DNA from: the human T2T-CHM13v2.0 reference genome, Homo sapiens
Strand: one strand, 5' to 3'
NCBI RefSeq assembly: GCF_009914755.1
Contig: NC_060931.1
Length of the DNA: 64,000 nucleotides
Shown: in pieces, positions 25,660 through 38,789 of the stretch
Layout of the letters: every line of letters starts with the position of its first letter
How positions within the stretch are numbered: the first letter of the stretch is position 1
Notes under the pieces: generated by a model
Database searches by the model: none
What the model was told of the DNA's origin: nothing
What the model saw: the letters and a program-made list of their open reading frames with translations, nothing else
Program-made: the position numbers and the translations under genes

Positions 25660-26034
25660 CTAAAAGTTACAAACATGTTCATAACTTTTTGTTATAAAGA
25701 AACAAAATTGATGAGATAGTGCTGGGGTAGAGGTGTATGTGTGAGTGTGTATATGATAAAATAAGAAATAGAAAAAAATAGAATATTAAAAATATAAGCA
25801 ATATTGGCTCTATGCCAGTCCAAGTCTTAACCTAGAGAATGAATTTATAGGGAAGGAGAAAACAAAAACACATATTCTGCCCTTGACAACCCCTGGGAAA
25901 ATTATTCTCCGTAATCATACTCCTTTAATGTTACTATTACTTTGATTCAAAATTCAGTCTCTTTTACATACATTATAAAGTTATCATTCCTTGCATATCT
26001 TTATTTTGATTTTTTTAAATACACTTGGCTTTAA

Positions 26035-26783
26035 AGAAGTATTGTATTAAGAATTGTTACAAGTATAGTGCAAAGATCCAGTCTATCTTCACACCCAATT
26101 TCTCCTATTACTAATATCTTAGTAGGACACAGTTTTCATAGTTAATAAATCAATTAGTACATTATTACTTCCTTAACTTTATTGAAGTATAACTAACAAA
26201 TAAAAATTGTATATATTTAAGATGTACCATGTTTTGATACATTGAGGTGATGCCCAGAATCAAACTAATTAGTATATGTCACATATATGTGGAATAAAAA
26301 GAAGCTGTATTCATATAAATGAGAGTAGAAAGGCTGTTGCCAGAGGCTAGGGGAGTGAAGAAAATGGGGACATTTTGGTCAAAGGGTACAAACTTTAAGT
26401 TATAAGATGAATGAGCTCTGGAGATCTAATCTACAGCATGTTAACTATAATTTATAAATTATTAGAAATTAAATACTTTATTTCTTCATCGAGTTTTCCA
26501 GTTACTTATCCAAGTTACCATATTACTTTTACTCAACATCTCTACAAAGGCTCAGCTTGGTTATGACAGTTTCTTAGACTTTCTTTGTTTTTTACGACCT
26601 TGATAAATTTGAAGATCATTGGTCAGGTATATTGGCATTTTGTATAACTTTTTGTCTGTTTTCTTATGATTAGATTTGAGTAATGTATCTTTAGGGCAAA
26701 GATCTTAGAGGTAAAGTGCTATTCTAAACATATCAGGTTATGTCAAATGTACATACTATCAATATGACTTGTAACTATTGATC
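26035..26783 (-). mobile_element. Old L1M (MC/MD-type) 3' region interrupted by an L1MA-type piece at ~26170-26455
   Basis: Antisense L1M motifs (GACAGTTTCTTAGACTTTCTTTG...TTGGTCAGGTATATTG); inner piece has L1MA 3'-end motifs in two orientations. Confidence 0.55.
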
Positions 26784-27651
26784 TTTTTAAATATAAACTT
26801 TTATTTTAGGTTCAAGACTATATAACAGAGTTTGTTACATAGATAAACTGGTGGCATGGGGGTTTGTTGTACAGATTACTTCATCACCCAGGTATTAAGC
26901 CCAGCATACAATAATTATCTTTACTGCTCCTTTCCCTTCTCCAACCCTCCACATTCAATTAGACTACAGTGTCTGTTGTTTCCTTCTTTGGGTTTATATG
27001 TTTTCATCATGTAGCTCCCACTTATCAGTGAGAATACACAGTATTTGGTTTTCTGCTCCTGTGTTAGTTTGCTAAGGATAATAGCCTGCAACTCCATACA
27101 TGTTCTCATAAAAGACATGATTTCATTCTTTTTTATGGCTGCATAGTATTCCATTGTGCATATGTACCATATTTTTATAATCCAGTGTGCTATTGATGGG
27201 CATTTAGGTTGATTCTATGTCTTTGCTATTGTGAATAGTGCTACAATGAACATTCACATGCATGTGTCTATGGTAGAATGATGTACATTTCTGTCTTTAT
27301 CATAGAGTGATATATGTATTTCTCTGGGTATATACTCACTAATGGGATTGCTGTGTTGAATGGTAGTTCTGCTTTTAGCTCTTTGAGAAATTGCCATACT
27401 GCTTTCCACAATGGTTGAACTTATTTACATTCACACCAACAGTGTACACGTTCCCTTTTATCTGCAACCTTATCAGTATCTGCTTTTTTTTGACTTTTTA
27501 ATAATAGCCATTCTGATTGGTGTGATACGTGGTTTTGATTTGCATTTGTCTAATAGTCATATTGAGCTTTTTTTCATATACTTCTTGTCTACATGTATAG
27601 CTTTTGAAAAATCGTATGTTCATATCCTTTGTCCACTTTTTAATGGAGTTG
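26784..27651 (-). mobile_element. L1PA(old)/L1PB 3' end with ORF2 C-terminal remnant
   Basis: ORF track 26921-27154 MEYYAAIKKNEIMSF...ILSKLTQEQKTKYCVFSLISGS matches the L1 ORF2 C-terminus; antisense 3'UTR from ~26784. Confidence 0.9.
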
Positions 27652-28027
27652 TGATATGGTTTAGCTGTGTCCCCACCCAAATCTCATCTTTAATTGTAGC
27701 TCCAATAATTCCCAGATGTGGTGGGAGGGACCCAGTGAGAGGTAATTAAATCACAGGAGTGGTTCTTTCCCATGCTGTTCTCATGATAGTGATTAAGCCT
27801 CACAAGATCTGATGGTTTTATAAAGGGGAATTCCCCTACACAGCTCCCTTGCCTGTTGCCCTGTAAGATGTGACTTCACTCCTTATTCACCTTCAGCCAT
27901 GATTGTAAGGCCTCCCCAGCCATGTGGAACACTGAGTCAATCACATTTCTTTCCTTTATAAATTACCCAGTCTCAAGTATGACTTCATTAGCAGCATGTG
28001 AACAGACTAACACAGTAAATTGGTAAC
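27652..28027 (+). mobile_element. THE1 5' LTR plus first ~13 bp of THE1 internal region
   Basis: TGATATGGTTTAGCTGTGTCCCCACCCAAATCTC...GAACAGACTAACACA (ends 28014), followed by GTAAATTGGTAAC. Confidence 0.85.
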
Positions 28028-29093
28028 TTACCTGTGGAAAGTACAAATAGACTTTTGTAGTCAAGGAAGACATGTTCCATGACAGAATTATACACAAATT
28101 ATTTTGCAAACACATAGAAGCATCACTAAAGCCGGCTCAGAAATATAAAGATAGCATCTCAGAGGACATTATATCACAGCTGAATCAAGAAAAATTATAG
28201 GAAAACATAGAAGGCTTGAGTAAATGTTCCAGAGAAAACATCATGATCATGAACAAAGATTGGAGGGTAAGAGTGTGAGGAATTCAGAATAATACAAATA
28301 CCTGAAGATGGCCAGAGTGCAAGAGGCCAGAAAGACAGGTGGTTGATGGAAGTATGAGTATAATCAATAACAAGGAAGTCAGCCTTATTAAAATGTTTTC
28401 TTATTAGTTTTTGTTACAATTTATAAACTTATGATTATATATGTTTTAACACATTTTACATGTGATTTTTAAATTTTTATAATAAGGATTAAATTACTCG
28501 TTAACTCAGTTAATCAATCAGGTATTTAAGGATGGCTTTATTTGACAGTGTGTGTGGCTTATTGAATTAATATGGACAAATAATCTCATCATCCAAATTA
28601 CTTATATGTCTGAATACTTATATATACATATACATATATATATACTTATGTACGTCATAATTATGTGTACATGTCATTATATATGTGTATATCTTTAAAA
28701 ATAAGGAAATATTATACTAGAATTAAGTGAAGATAAACACTGAAGGAACATTGCAAAATACTAATCTTATATTTGTTAAAATTGCATTTTCACTGCATTC
28801 AGAAAAATGTCAAGAATAATGCATTAAAATATTAAAATGGCACAGAATATTTACTGTAGCATCAAAAATGTTGTGTAATCTCAAACTAAACTGTGTAACA
28901 CATTTCAAAAAATAACATTTAAATGTAGGTCTGAATGAATATGCAACTTTAGTGTTTTTGGTCTCAGAAGGAAAAAGTAAATGATAATACAGTATTCTAT
29001 AATAATGTAACATAACTCACTTCTAATGAATATTGGAATAAAGACACAATCTCATTAAAATAATCATAATTTCAGTTAATATTGGCATCACAC

Positions 29094-29660
29094 TGTTCCT
29101 GGACCAAACTGAGGGTGGGGCTGCTATTTCTCACTGCCTAATAATGAGATGCAGATGAAGTGAGGAGAAAGAGTGTTTTCATTTCTGCAACCAGTTACAG
29201 AGAGGCGGCTTGAAAATTATCTCCTGACCAACTCAAAATTGCAAAGTTTTCCAGAGCTTGTATAGCTTCTAAGCTATATTTCTATGCATAGGTGTGCATT
29301 CATCTAAAGACATAAGTGATTAACTTCTTTTAACCTATAACTAAGGTCTGAGTCCTGAAGACCTTCTTCTGGAGCTTCAGTAACTATACTTAATTTAAAT
29401 GGGTCCAGGCACTGGGGTGATTACTCTTGTCTTGTCTCCTGCTAATTCACAAAGGTTTGGGGAGTTCCTGCAGACTCCCAGTAAGCTTGTTTAATCATGC
29501 TTTAAGGTTCAGGAAAGGCCTAGGCAAAACTCGTGGTTGTCTCTTATGACATTCTAGCCTTTGTGTAAGGGCACTGGCTTTTAATATTTAACTTAACCAC
29601 TCAGTCAGTGCTGAAACATTTGTTATGGAGGCCTGCCTTAGTGAGACCTGGCCTGCCACA
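29094..29660 (-). mobile_element. ERV1-class solo LTR (MER39-like)
   Basis: TG...CA termini; reverse complement begins TGTGGCAGGCCAGGTCTCACTAAGGCAGGCCTCCATAAC; 4-bp TSD ACAC/AAAC. Confidence 0.7.
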
Positions 29661-29694
29661 AAACAAGAGAAAAAATAAGACAATTGAATCATAG

Positions 29695-30538
29695 TGTCAA
29701 CCTAAAATATTCGAAAGGATCAGAATTCAGTTTTTTAACGTTTGGTCAAACAAAAAGCTGGAATTAGGCATTTGGTGAAAAGATTCCAGAGAAATGGAGC
29801 CAGTGCTGCTAAGTTTTTGCTTATATAGGCAGAAAATAAAATTTAATGGGCTTACAACATTGTGTGTACATGGCTGGTTTATGAGTTACAACAATTTAGT
29901 TACGGCTTGTTTTCTTTTTTCTTTTTTTTTTGAGACGGAGTCTTGTTCTGTCACCCAGGCTAGAATGCAGCAGCACGATCTAAGTTCACTGCAAGCTCTG
30001 TCTCCCGGGTTCACGCCATTCTCCTGCCTCAACCTCCCGAGTAGCTGGGACTACAGGCGCCTGCGACCACGCCCAGCTATTTTTTTTTTTGCATTTTTAG
30101 TAGAGACGGGTTTCACTGTGTTAGCTAGGATGGTCTTGATATCCTGACCTCGTGATCCGCCCGCCTCGGCTCCCAATCTTTTCTTTGTATCTAGTTTTTA
30201 TTTTTTTTTCCAAGTTAGAAGAATGCACTTAACATTCCATTATAAGACCATGTGACAGCCATGAAGTCTTTGAGCAAAGCAGGAGGGCAGTTAATCTACC
30301 ATGAAGGTGAACAATGAAGAAGGAAGGGATCTTCCATGGTGCCCTTTAGCCATTTACAACATTTTACAAAACAATGTAAGGAAGGAAGAAGACTAATCTA
30401 TAATCAGGAAAACAAAGGGTATAGCTGCCTAGGTTCCAGCTAGCTACCTGCCGTATGACTCAGGCTCCATAATCACATTCCTTTAAGGCTCAAAGGAATT
30501 TAAAATTTCAACAACATAGATTTCAAATTATTCTCACA
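29695..30538 (-). mobile_element. MER4/MER34-group ERV1 LTR interrupted by an Alu
   Basis: TGTCAACCTAAAATA...TTATTCTCACA termini; family and strand from recall only. Confidence 0.45.
29910..30176 (-). mobile_element. AluY-like, 5'-truncated by ~35 nt
   Basis: Poly(T), GGGTTCACGCCATTCTCC, GACTACAGGCGC, AGGATGGTCTTGAT; stops at CTCGGCTCCCAA. Confidence 0.9.
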
Positions 30539-30646
30539 ATATACATTAAAATGTATTAACATTGAGATTATTCAGTTTAAAATTTGTTATTAATAAGGCC
30601 AACATTTTGTATATATCATTGATTAAACAGAAGAGAGAAATAGCTC

Positions 30647-31456
30647 TGAGTGGCAAAAACAGTGTTTTTCCCCTGCTTTTCTACCACAACAATCAACACA
30701 GACATCTTTTAACAAATGTGTGGGGGATTTTTCCTACATACCAAGCAAGCAGTCAGTTATACAGTAGACACTAATGGGGTTTGTGATAGTATTGATCGGA
30801 AGACAGTGACAGATCCCATAGGTTGGAAGCTCAGTCCCACAAGACTGCCTCCTCTTCTATAACCAATCTCAATCCTCAGGTTGTTTTTCCTAGGCTTCTG
30901 ACCGACTGAGTATAAATTCAGGTTCTCATGATCTTCTTCTTGGGTTCCATTAATTTGCGAGAGGGCCCTGCACAACTCAGGAAAAGATTTACTTACATTA
31001 CTGGCTTATGATCAAGATGATTACAAAGGATGCAGATGAAAGAGTTGCATAGAGCAAGACTGTGGGAAATGGTGTGCATCTTCTATGCCCTCCATAGGCA
31101 TATTCTGCTCTCCAGAAACCTTCATGTGTTCACCTATCCTGAAGCTCTCCAAAACCTGTCCTTTGGGGATTTCATGCGTGCCTTGTTATTAGATGTGATT
31201 GATTAAACTAGTGGCCATTAATAATCAACTTAACCTTCAGCCCTCGCTTCCCTCCCCAGAAGCTGGAGTGTGGGTCTCGAAGTCCCAACCCTGTATTCCT
31301 GCCTTTGTCTTTCAGGTGACTAGCCCTTCCTGAAGTTACCTAGAAGCTGCCAACCATCAGTAAGCTCATTAGCATACAAAAATACATAATTCTGGATATT
31401 CCAGATTGTATGCCAGGAAACAGAATCAAAGACCAAATATGTATTTTACAATATCA
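30647..31456 (-). mobile_element. MER21-family LTR
   Basis: CAGATCCCATAGGTTGGAAGCTCAGTCCCACAAGACTGCC...GGGTTCCATTAATTTGC...CTCATTAGCATACAAAA...CAAAGACCAAATAT typical of MER21. Confidence 0.7.
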
Positions 31457-31672
31457 GTATAGCCCAGGCTGAAGGCAGCCATAAAATTAATGTAAAAAAT
31501 AAAATATAATAAATACATACATTTTATAGAAAATAATGTTATAACACATTTTAATGGTGGTAATAAAGTGTAAAAAGTTGCTCAAATTTGAAATAGAAAA
31601 AACAATTATGATCAGATATTTTCTGATATCTCAATTATGTAATTAAAACTTTATATTCTCCAAGCCTTTAAG

Positions 31673-32355
31673 GCAATGTTTCCTAACCACCCTGTGTTTC
31701 AGAATTTGCTTGGGAGTCTTGAAAAAATACACATCTTGAGCTGTACTCCAACTTTCTGAATCAGGTTATCCTGGGCAGCTATCATGCATCTTTAATGTTC
31801 TAAAAGCCCATCATTTTTCATTTTCTAAAAGCCCATATTTATTGTTGTAGCATCAAAAATGTTGTGTAGTATCAAATTAAACTGTGTAACACATTTCAAA
31901 AAATAAAATTTCAATGTAGGGCTGAATGAATATGCAACTTTAGTGCTTTCGGTCTCAGAAGGAAAAAGTAAATGATAATACAGTATTCTGTAATAATGTA
32001 ACATAACTCACTTCTAATGAATATTAGAATAAAGACACAATCTCATTTAAATAATCATAATTTCAGTTAATATTGGCATCAAACTGTTCCTGGACCAAAC
32101 TGAGGGTCCGGCTGCTATTTCTCACTGCCCAATAACAAGATGCAGATGAACTGGGGAGAAAGAGTTATTTCTGTAACCAGTTACAGAGAGAAGGCCTGAA
32201 AATTACCTCCTGACCAACTCAAAATTATAAAGTTTTCCAGAGCTTATGTAGCTTCTAAGCTAAATTTCTGTGTGTAAGTGTGCATTTAGTACTTTAATGT
32301 TCTAAAGGCCCATCAATTTTCTGTTGATCAGAACTGAGTCAAGAACCATGTTTCT
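31673..32355. mobile_element. MER5-type hAT MITE split by a ~450-bp templated insertion
   Basis: GCAATGTTTCCTAAC...TCAGAATTTGCTTGGGAG...CTGAATCAG on the left, ...GAGTCAAGAACCATGTTTCTA on the right. Confidence 0.5.
31835..32286 (+). repeat. Local dispersed duplicate of 28847-29300
   Basis: Colinear match, roughly 90% identical by eye (TGTAGCATCAAAAATGTTGTGT...GGACCAAACTGAGGGT...GTGTGCATT). Confidence 0.95.
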
Positions 32356-32678
32356 AAGGATACTTTTTCTTATTTCCCAGAGAAGGTACGAAGATTTCTA
32401 GTGGAAAAACTTCTTCTAGAGTTTCAAAGAAGATCTATATGATTGATTTGTTGGTGATAATATAGACAATGTTGATGGCTGAGATATTTGGATTACATTG
32501 TCTTTGTGTGCCTATATGATTCCTCAAGACTTAGCTAATTTTCCACTTACATAGTTACCTATTATAAACAATACAAATTAAGATCATTTAGATTGAAGAA
32601 AAATAAATTTCTATTTAATTAAATTCTCTACCTCTGGGTCAACATATATAGTTGTGTCTTCATCTTTTTGAACAATTA

Positions 32679-33733
32679 CAGACGTGTTGTTTTAACAATG
32701 AGAATGTGTTCTGAGAAATGTGTCCTTAGACAATTTCATAACGGTGGGAACATCATAGGGTGTAGTTACACAAACCTAGATGGTATAGCCTACTACTTTT
32801 CTAGGCTATATGGTACAGCCTTTTGCTCCTAAGCTACAAACCTATATAGCATGTTACTCTACTGAATACTGTAGACAATTATAATACAAAGGTAAATATC
32901 TGTATATCTAAACATACAAAAGGTACACTAAAAATAAGGCATAAAAGACAAAAATGGTATGCTTGAAAGGGGCACTTACTGTGACAGGAGCTTGCAGGAC
33001 TGGGAAGTTACTCTGGGTAAGTCAGCGAGTTAGTGGTGAGTGAATGTGCAGGCCTGAGACATTATTGTACACTATTGTAGACTTTATGGACACTCTACAC
33101 TTAGGCTGCACTACTTTTCTTTAAAAAACATTTTTATTCAATAATAAATTAACCTTCACTAACTATAACTTTTTTACTTTACAGACTTATTTTGAGTATT
33201 CTCTATTAACACTTCAAACACAAACACATTATACAAATTTACAAAAATATTTTAAGATTCTTATTGTGTAAGCTTATATTCTATTTTTAATTTTCTTAAA
33301 GGTTTTGAATTTTTGCTAAAAATTAAGACACAAACACACATATTAGCTTAAGCCTTCAATGGGTCAGGATCATTAATATTATTCTTTCAAATTCCCTGTT
33401 TTGACCCACTGGAAGGTCTTCAGGGGCAATAACACCAATGGAGCTAGTCAGCTGTTATAATAACAATAGTTTCTTCTGGAATGTCTCCTGAAGGTAATGC
33501 CTGAAACTGTTTAATAGTTCACTTTTGAAATATTTTTGCAAGACTGGCAATGAATAGGTTTGTTTACACTAGCATCACATCAAAGATGTGAAAAAAATGT
33601 GTGTACTCTGACATGACAACCGCTATGAAGATACTAGCTGATAGAATTTTTTCAGCCCTATTATAGAACAATGGGACTACCATCATGTATGTGGTCCATT
33701 GTTGAATGAAATGTAATTATGTAGTGTATGTAT
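32679..33733. mobile_element. Tigger3-family (Tigger3b/MER7-like) DNA transposon derivative
   Basis: TA-CAG start; TTCTGAGAAATGTGTCCTTAG...CAAACCTAGATGGTATAGCCTAC...ATGGGACTACCATCATGTATGTGGTCCATTGTTGA. Confidence 0.8.
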
Positions 33734-36700
33734 GCATGCATATAATCAGAAATTCTTCCTAACTCTTTTCTGAACTCCAAAACTTTTATTAACACAGTCC
33801 ACTATGCAACCATTAAGAATATATTGACATTAACACCTGAGATGAAAGCTATATACCATCCCAGCTTTATAACTTTTATTTTCACCAACATGAATTGTGG
33901 TGGTTGTGTATTAGTCTCTGAACTAAGCTGTCAAAGAAATATATAATATATATATATATATAAACTATAGCCACCATATCTTTGCTGTGCTTGCTTTAAA
34001 TGTTTTACCATTTCTTCAATTAACCTTCATAACAATATTGTGAGCCATTTATTGTCATCATCACTTTAGAGATAGTAAAATTGAAGTTAAAAGGTATACA
34101 CTAAACAGCTCAAGGTCACTCAATTAGTAACTGGCAGAAATGTGATCCAAAGCAGTCTTTTGTTAAAGCCAATGATATCTTTCATACAATCTTAACTGTG
34201 TGATACACTATAGATGGCAGCATGTAGTATCAGCATTTTTAAAGATGACTGTAAAAAATAAATCTCCAAGGAGCACTGAGGCAATCTCACAAAATGTAAT
34301 TCTACAGAAGGAATGTCTTCCTGGGATAGGAAGAGACAGAGCATCTCAAACACCTAAGATAGATTGACAGCTTGTCAGTTACCATCACAAAATATCATAT
34401 TCCTCTCTGTAGAATTTATAAAAGTGGTTTTTCATTGGTTGTGTGGGAAAAAATCATAGAGCTCTGGCCCTGTATTTGCCACGAGTTGCCTATAAACTGA
34501 TAGATTGATTTTAATTTGGCCTTGGCAGGTTTTGTTACCCTCTGAGGTATTAGTCTTGCTCTGTTCCAGACCTTTTCCCTGAACTCTGTCTTTGGACACT
34601 ACTCCTCTTCTAAAGATTTGTCCCTGGGGTCCTAGGCATGCTGTCAGTCATAAGTTTGTTGGCCATGAACAATATGGTGTGTCAAACCTTTAGTAAGTTT
34701 GTCAGTTCTATTTTGTAAGAAAACATACCACAGGTGTCTGGAATGATAATCTATATTTTAAGAATTTAGTTAGAAAAAATAGAACTCATTCAATGCAAGT
34801 TATGTTTTCAATAGTAGAAATAATAACTATATCATTAATAATATTGTTTTTATCTAAAAACACTAGGTTTTTGCACATGTGATTCCATATTCTGCTTCAC
34901 CTACCTAAGCACTGTTAAATGCACATGTACTCAGAAATGGATAGGTACTTGAGAAATATTAACCATATTCAAACTAACCAATACATCTATGCATTAGTAA
35001 AGATATTCTCAATTTCACAAACTCTGGTGTCATAATAAATTTGCCTAATTTCTCTTACCATCATTTCTATTAATGGTAGCATTACATATTTGTATATCTG
35101 TATACTAAATTTGATTAGATATGATGAAGTTTCTCTTATTTTTTTGTGATATTTCTTCTGCTATTCTCTTGCTCATTCTATCACTTGCCTAATCATTTTA
35201 ACAAATTCTATTCACCTTTATGGTCCAATAAAACATGATTACTCTAAATAGATATATCAAGAAAAAAATTTGGGTTTTATAATTTCCAATTGAAAATATA
35301 CCTACCATTGTATTGGGGCTGGTGTTTTGATACAGAATATTATTATGCACATTAGAAATCTTTAAAATTAAAATAATACAAGGTGTTTTTATTTCCTGCT
35401 GTAATTATCTCAAAGTGTTATAATTCTTGGCATTATTTGAGAACATTTATTTTAGCAAATAAGCAAGTTTCTTAAACAATTACTAAACATAATAATATAA
35501 AGGGAATGTTACATTTATCTTAAATGATTAATGGATACAATTGTCAAGAAAACTGTATGACTGTAGTAGTTATTTTATTCTTTATATGTCATAAAAATGT
35601 AAAGACATTACCTTTAAATTATTTTCCCATAATTCCCAGCAATACAGAAAAAACCCTCAATCTCCATTTTATTTTGTTTATAATAGTCAAATTCTAGGAA
35701 AAGTGACATCACTCACAAGCATATGTTCTTAATAAATTAACAATTAGTATCAAAAATTATGCAGATACAATGATTTTTCCCAGTTCAGTATTAATACAGT
35801 AACCATTCCTAAAATTTAAGAACTTGAAGTACTATGAGAAATAGTATATTTCCACTTCATTTGACATATTTACTGTGTACATACTGTATTTAAATGTCAC
35901 CATTCTATTTAAAGAATTGAAAATCTTTACGATATTTTATATCAAAGAAGGACATTGTAATATTTCTCTTTACAAGATATGACTATATACTTGGCTGGGA
36001 AATATGATGTTTTCTATATTTAGTCCTAGTGAATTGGACTTGAATTTCTAGCAAGCCTCAACATATCACAAGATGAAATAGTAAGTTCCTCTCAGAAAAG
36101 AACACAACACTGAAAAAGGGAGAAAGAGTGTTGAAACAGTAAGTATAGAAAACAGATCTTCTGTCAAGGATCTTGACAGTAAATGTTGAAGCAGTAGAAA
36201 TCACAAATAATATTGGTTTTCATGTTATACATTCTGAGAATTTCTATAGAGCTCAACTGGATTATAATAAGATAACAATAAAACTCTTCCTAAGATACTA
36301 TGTTGTAACTTTGCTTTTGTATGAGTAGTAAAACAAATCTCTCTTGCTCTCTCACTCTCTCTCCACAAACACACATGCAAGCACATTTTTGCAATACAGA
36401 AATATATTTTACCTATTTTCTTTCTAAATTTTGTCAACTCTAAAGTTTTGAAATATAGTGACCCATCTTTAAGATAGAGATGATCATAATGAGAGTATTA
36501 GATGACTTCATTGTCTTTAACTGTAGATAATCACAACAATGCAAAGGGTTTTACATTATGTGACAGTATAAAACTGTTTATATTCAAGTGCTTAAGCTAC
36601 AGAACTGAAAATATAAAGAATATAAAATACAAACATAGAAATCTATTTTAATAAATTACTTTGCCTTTATAAAGTATGAAAAACACCTAGGCTTGACCAA

Positions 36701-37109
36701 AAAAATTTTCCCTTTAAACTCTGGAATCTTTTTTAGATAATGTTATCTTCTATTTCATGACATAGCTCAAAAAATCTAAAAATTGATTGATTTCATTGAA
36801 GATTAGGCTGTAGTGATACATATTTCACATATTTCATTTTTGTTCATTCACACAAACTTAAAAACATTTATTCAGTGGTTGATATGTGGAGTGTAAAAAT
36901 ATCTATTTAATTTAAATATTTCATGTAAACATTCTATTTTTACTTTAAATTACACAAAGCATTCAAATTAGAACCCCTTTATATAAAGATTCTCAGACTG
37001 TTCAATAACAAGAATCTTTAATCATTCAAAGAATATTCATGAATCATAAGCATTTTCCAAGCATTTTTCTATAGATTTTGACTTTATAAATGTGGGCAAA
37101 ACAATATTT

Positions 37110-37850
37110 CTTTCTTCACAGAAGTTCTATGGTAGGCAGCAGCAGGAAAAAAGAACAGTAAATAATTAATCACCAATCTAAATGAGAAAATATAAGGCAA
37201 GTGATGATACTTGAAGAAATGGTGAAAAAAATGTGGAAGAAAGTATGGACAGTATAGATAACTTGATCCAGGAATACTTGTTCTGAAAATGTCCCATCTA
37301 AATACAAACAGAAGGAAACAAAGGAACCAACTACATGACTTTCTGGGAGTAGAGTGTTTTAGTTCATGGGAAGAACATGCATAAATGCTTTAAGGCAGGC
37401 CAAGGCATGCTTGGAGCCTTGGATCTATAATGAGACCAGTATGGTTGAAGAAAGAAGGGGAGTAATCACAGATGATATCAGAGAGGTAGTAAGGGACCGA
37501 GAATAGCATAGAAGCCTTCATGAACCTTGGGATTTTATTCTGCATGCTGTGGGAAGCCATGCAGGGCTTCAAACGGTGGGATAACATAATTGATTCATAT
37601 TTTTAAAGAATCATTGTGGTTTATGGAAAGAAGAAAACCTGCAAGCGTAGAGGCAGGACACATGTTAGACTGTCTTTTTAAGACAAGGTTAGGAATTATT
37701 GTGGCTGTAATTGGATTTGGAGTAGTGGAGATTTTGAGAATGTTTGGATTCTGCATCCATTTGAAAAGTAATGCTGAAAGGATTTGGTAATGAATTGGTT
37801 AGCAGTGTGAGAGAAAAAAAGCAGTCAGGAATGACGTCAAGGTCAAAATG
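37110..37850 (+). mobile_element. L2 fragment
   Basis: GGAAGAACATGCATAAATGC...TTGGGATTTTATTCTG...GGGAAGCCATGCAGGGCTT...GCTGAAAGGATTTGGTAATGAATTGG...GTCAGGAATGAC; limits approximate. Confidence 0.65.
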
Positions 37851-38789
37851 ACCTAAACATTATTATCCTCCTGAAAGCAAGTTGATATTAATGTTGAGAA
37901 TTACTTATCCTGACATGCTGAGATTTACTGACACATGGGCTGAGTATATTGTTGTATTTTTCACAGGTAATATCAAAGAGACAATTGATAGACTAATGGA
38001 AATACATGACACTTTCTATTTTTTTACCATTTCAGCATGTGTGCAAAAAATTTTAACACGAGTTAAACTGATTTTAGAAAACACAAACTGTTTCTGGAAG
38101 TATACCTCTACAATTTAAATGGTAAGTCATTCTAAAGATGCTTCTTGAGCTTAGGAAGTGTTTGATCAACAGGAACTCTGAGAACTTGAAAACTTTGAAC
38201 AAGACTTTCTTTCTTTAAATGAATCTAATAGAGAAAAAAAATTCCTTTCAAGTAAAATGGTTTGTTTTTATAGAGTATAACAACTATCTGGACACCAGAT
38301 TAACTTATAAATAGTTATATCCATGATGATATTTTTATGTATGCATTTCATGCCTGATGCTCACAAACACAGTATTTATTGATACTGTCTACTGCATGAA
38401 AATCTGTGATTAGTGGTGCCTCTCCAGTGGGGAGGGAAAAGGGAGATAATATTTGTACTGGAGATATATAACTTATGTAAATGTATAGAATACAAGATGG
38501 AGAATTTGAGAGAGTAAAGACACATGTTAATCAACAAATGGAATTGTAAAATTAGCAAATGTTACGGAAAGTACATATCTACTGAGAGCAGGAACTTTTT
38601 TCTCTCCACTGCCATTTTTTTGCAACTTCAAAGAGTACCTAACACTCTAAATCTCTCAATAATCATTTGTACAATTAACTAATTATGAAATAAAACTAGA
38701 AAATGGGAAACTTTATGTATCTTTTTAAGGCTTTCTTGAGTCAGGACAAATTGAAGAAATTTCTGCCCAGAGCCTTGCATTTATAGGTG

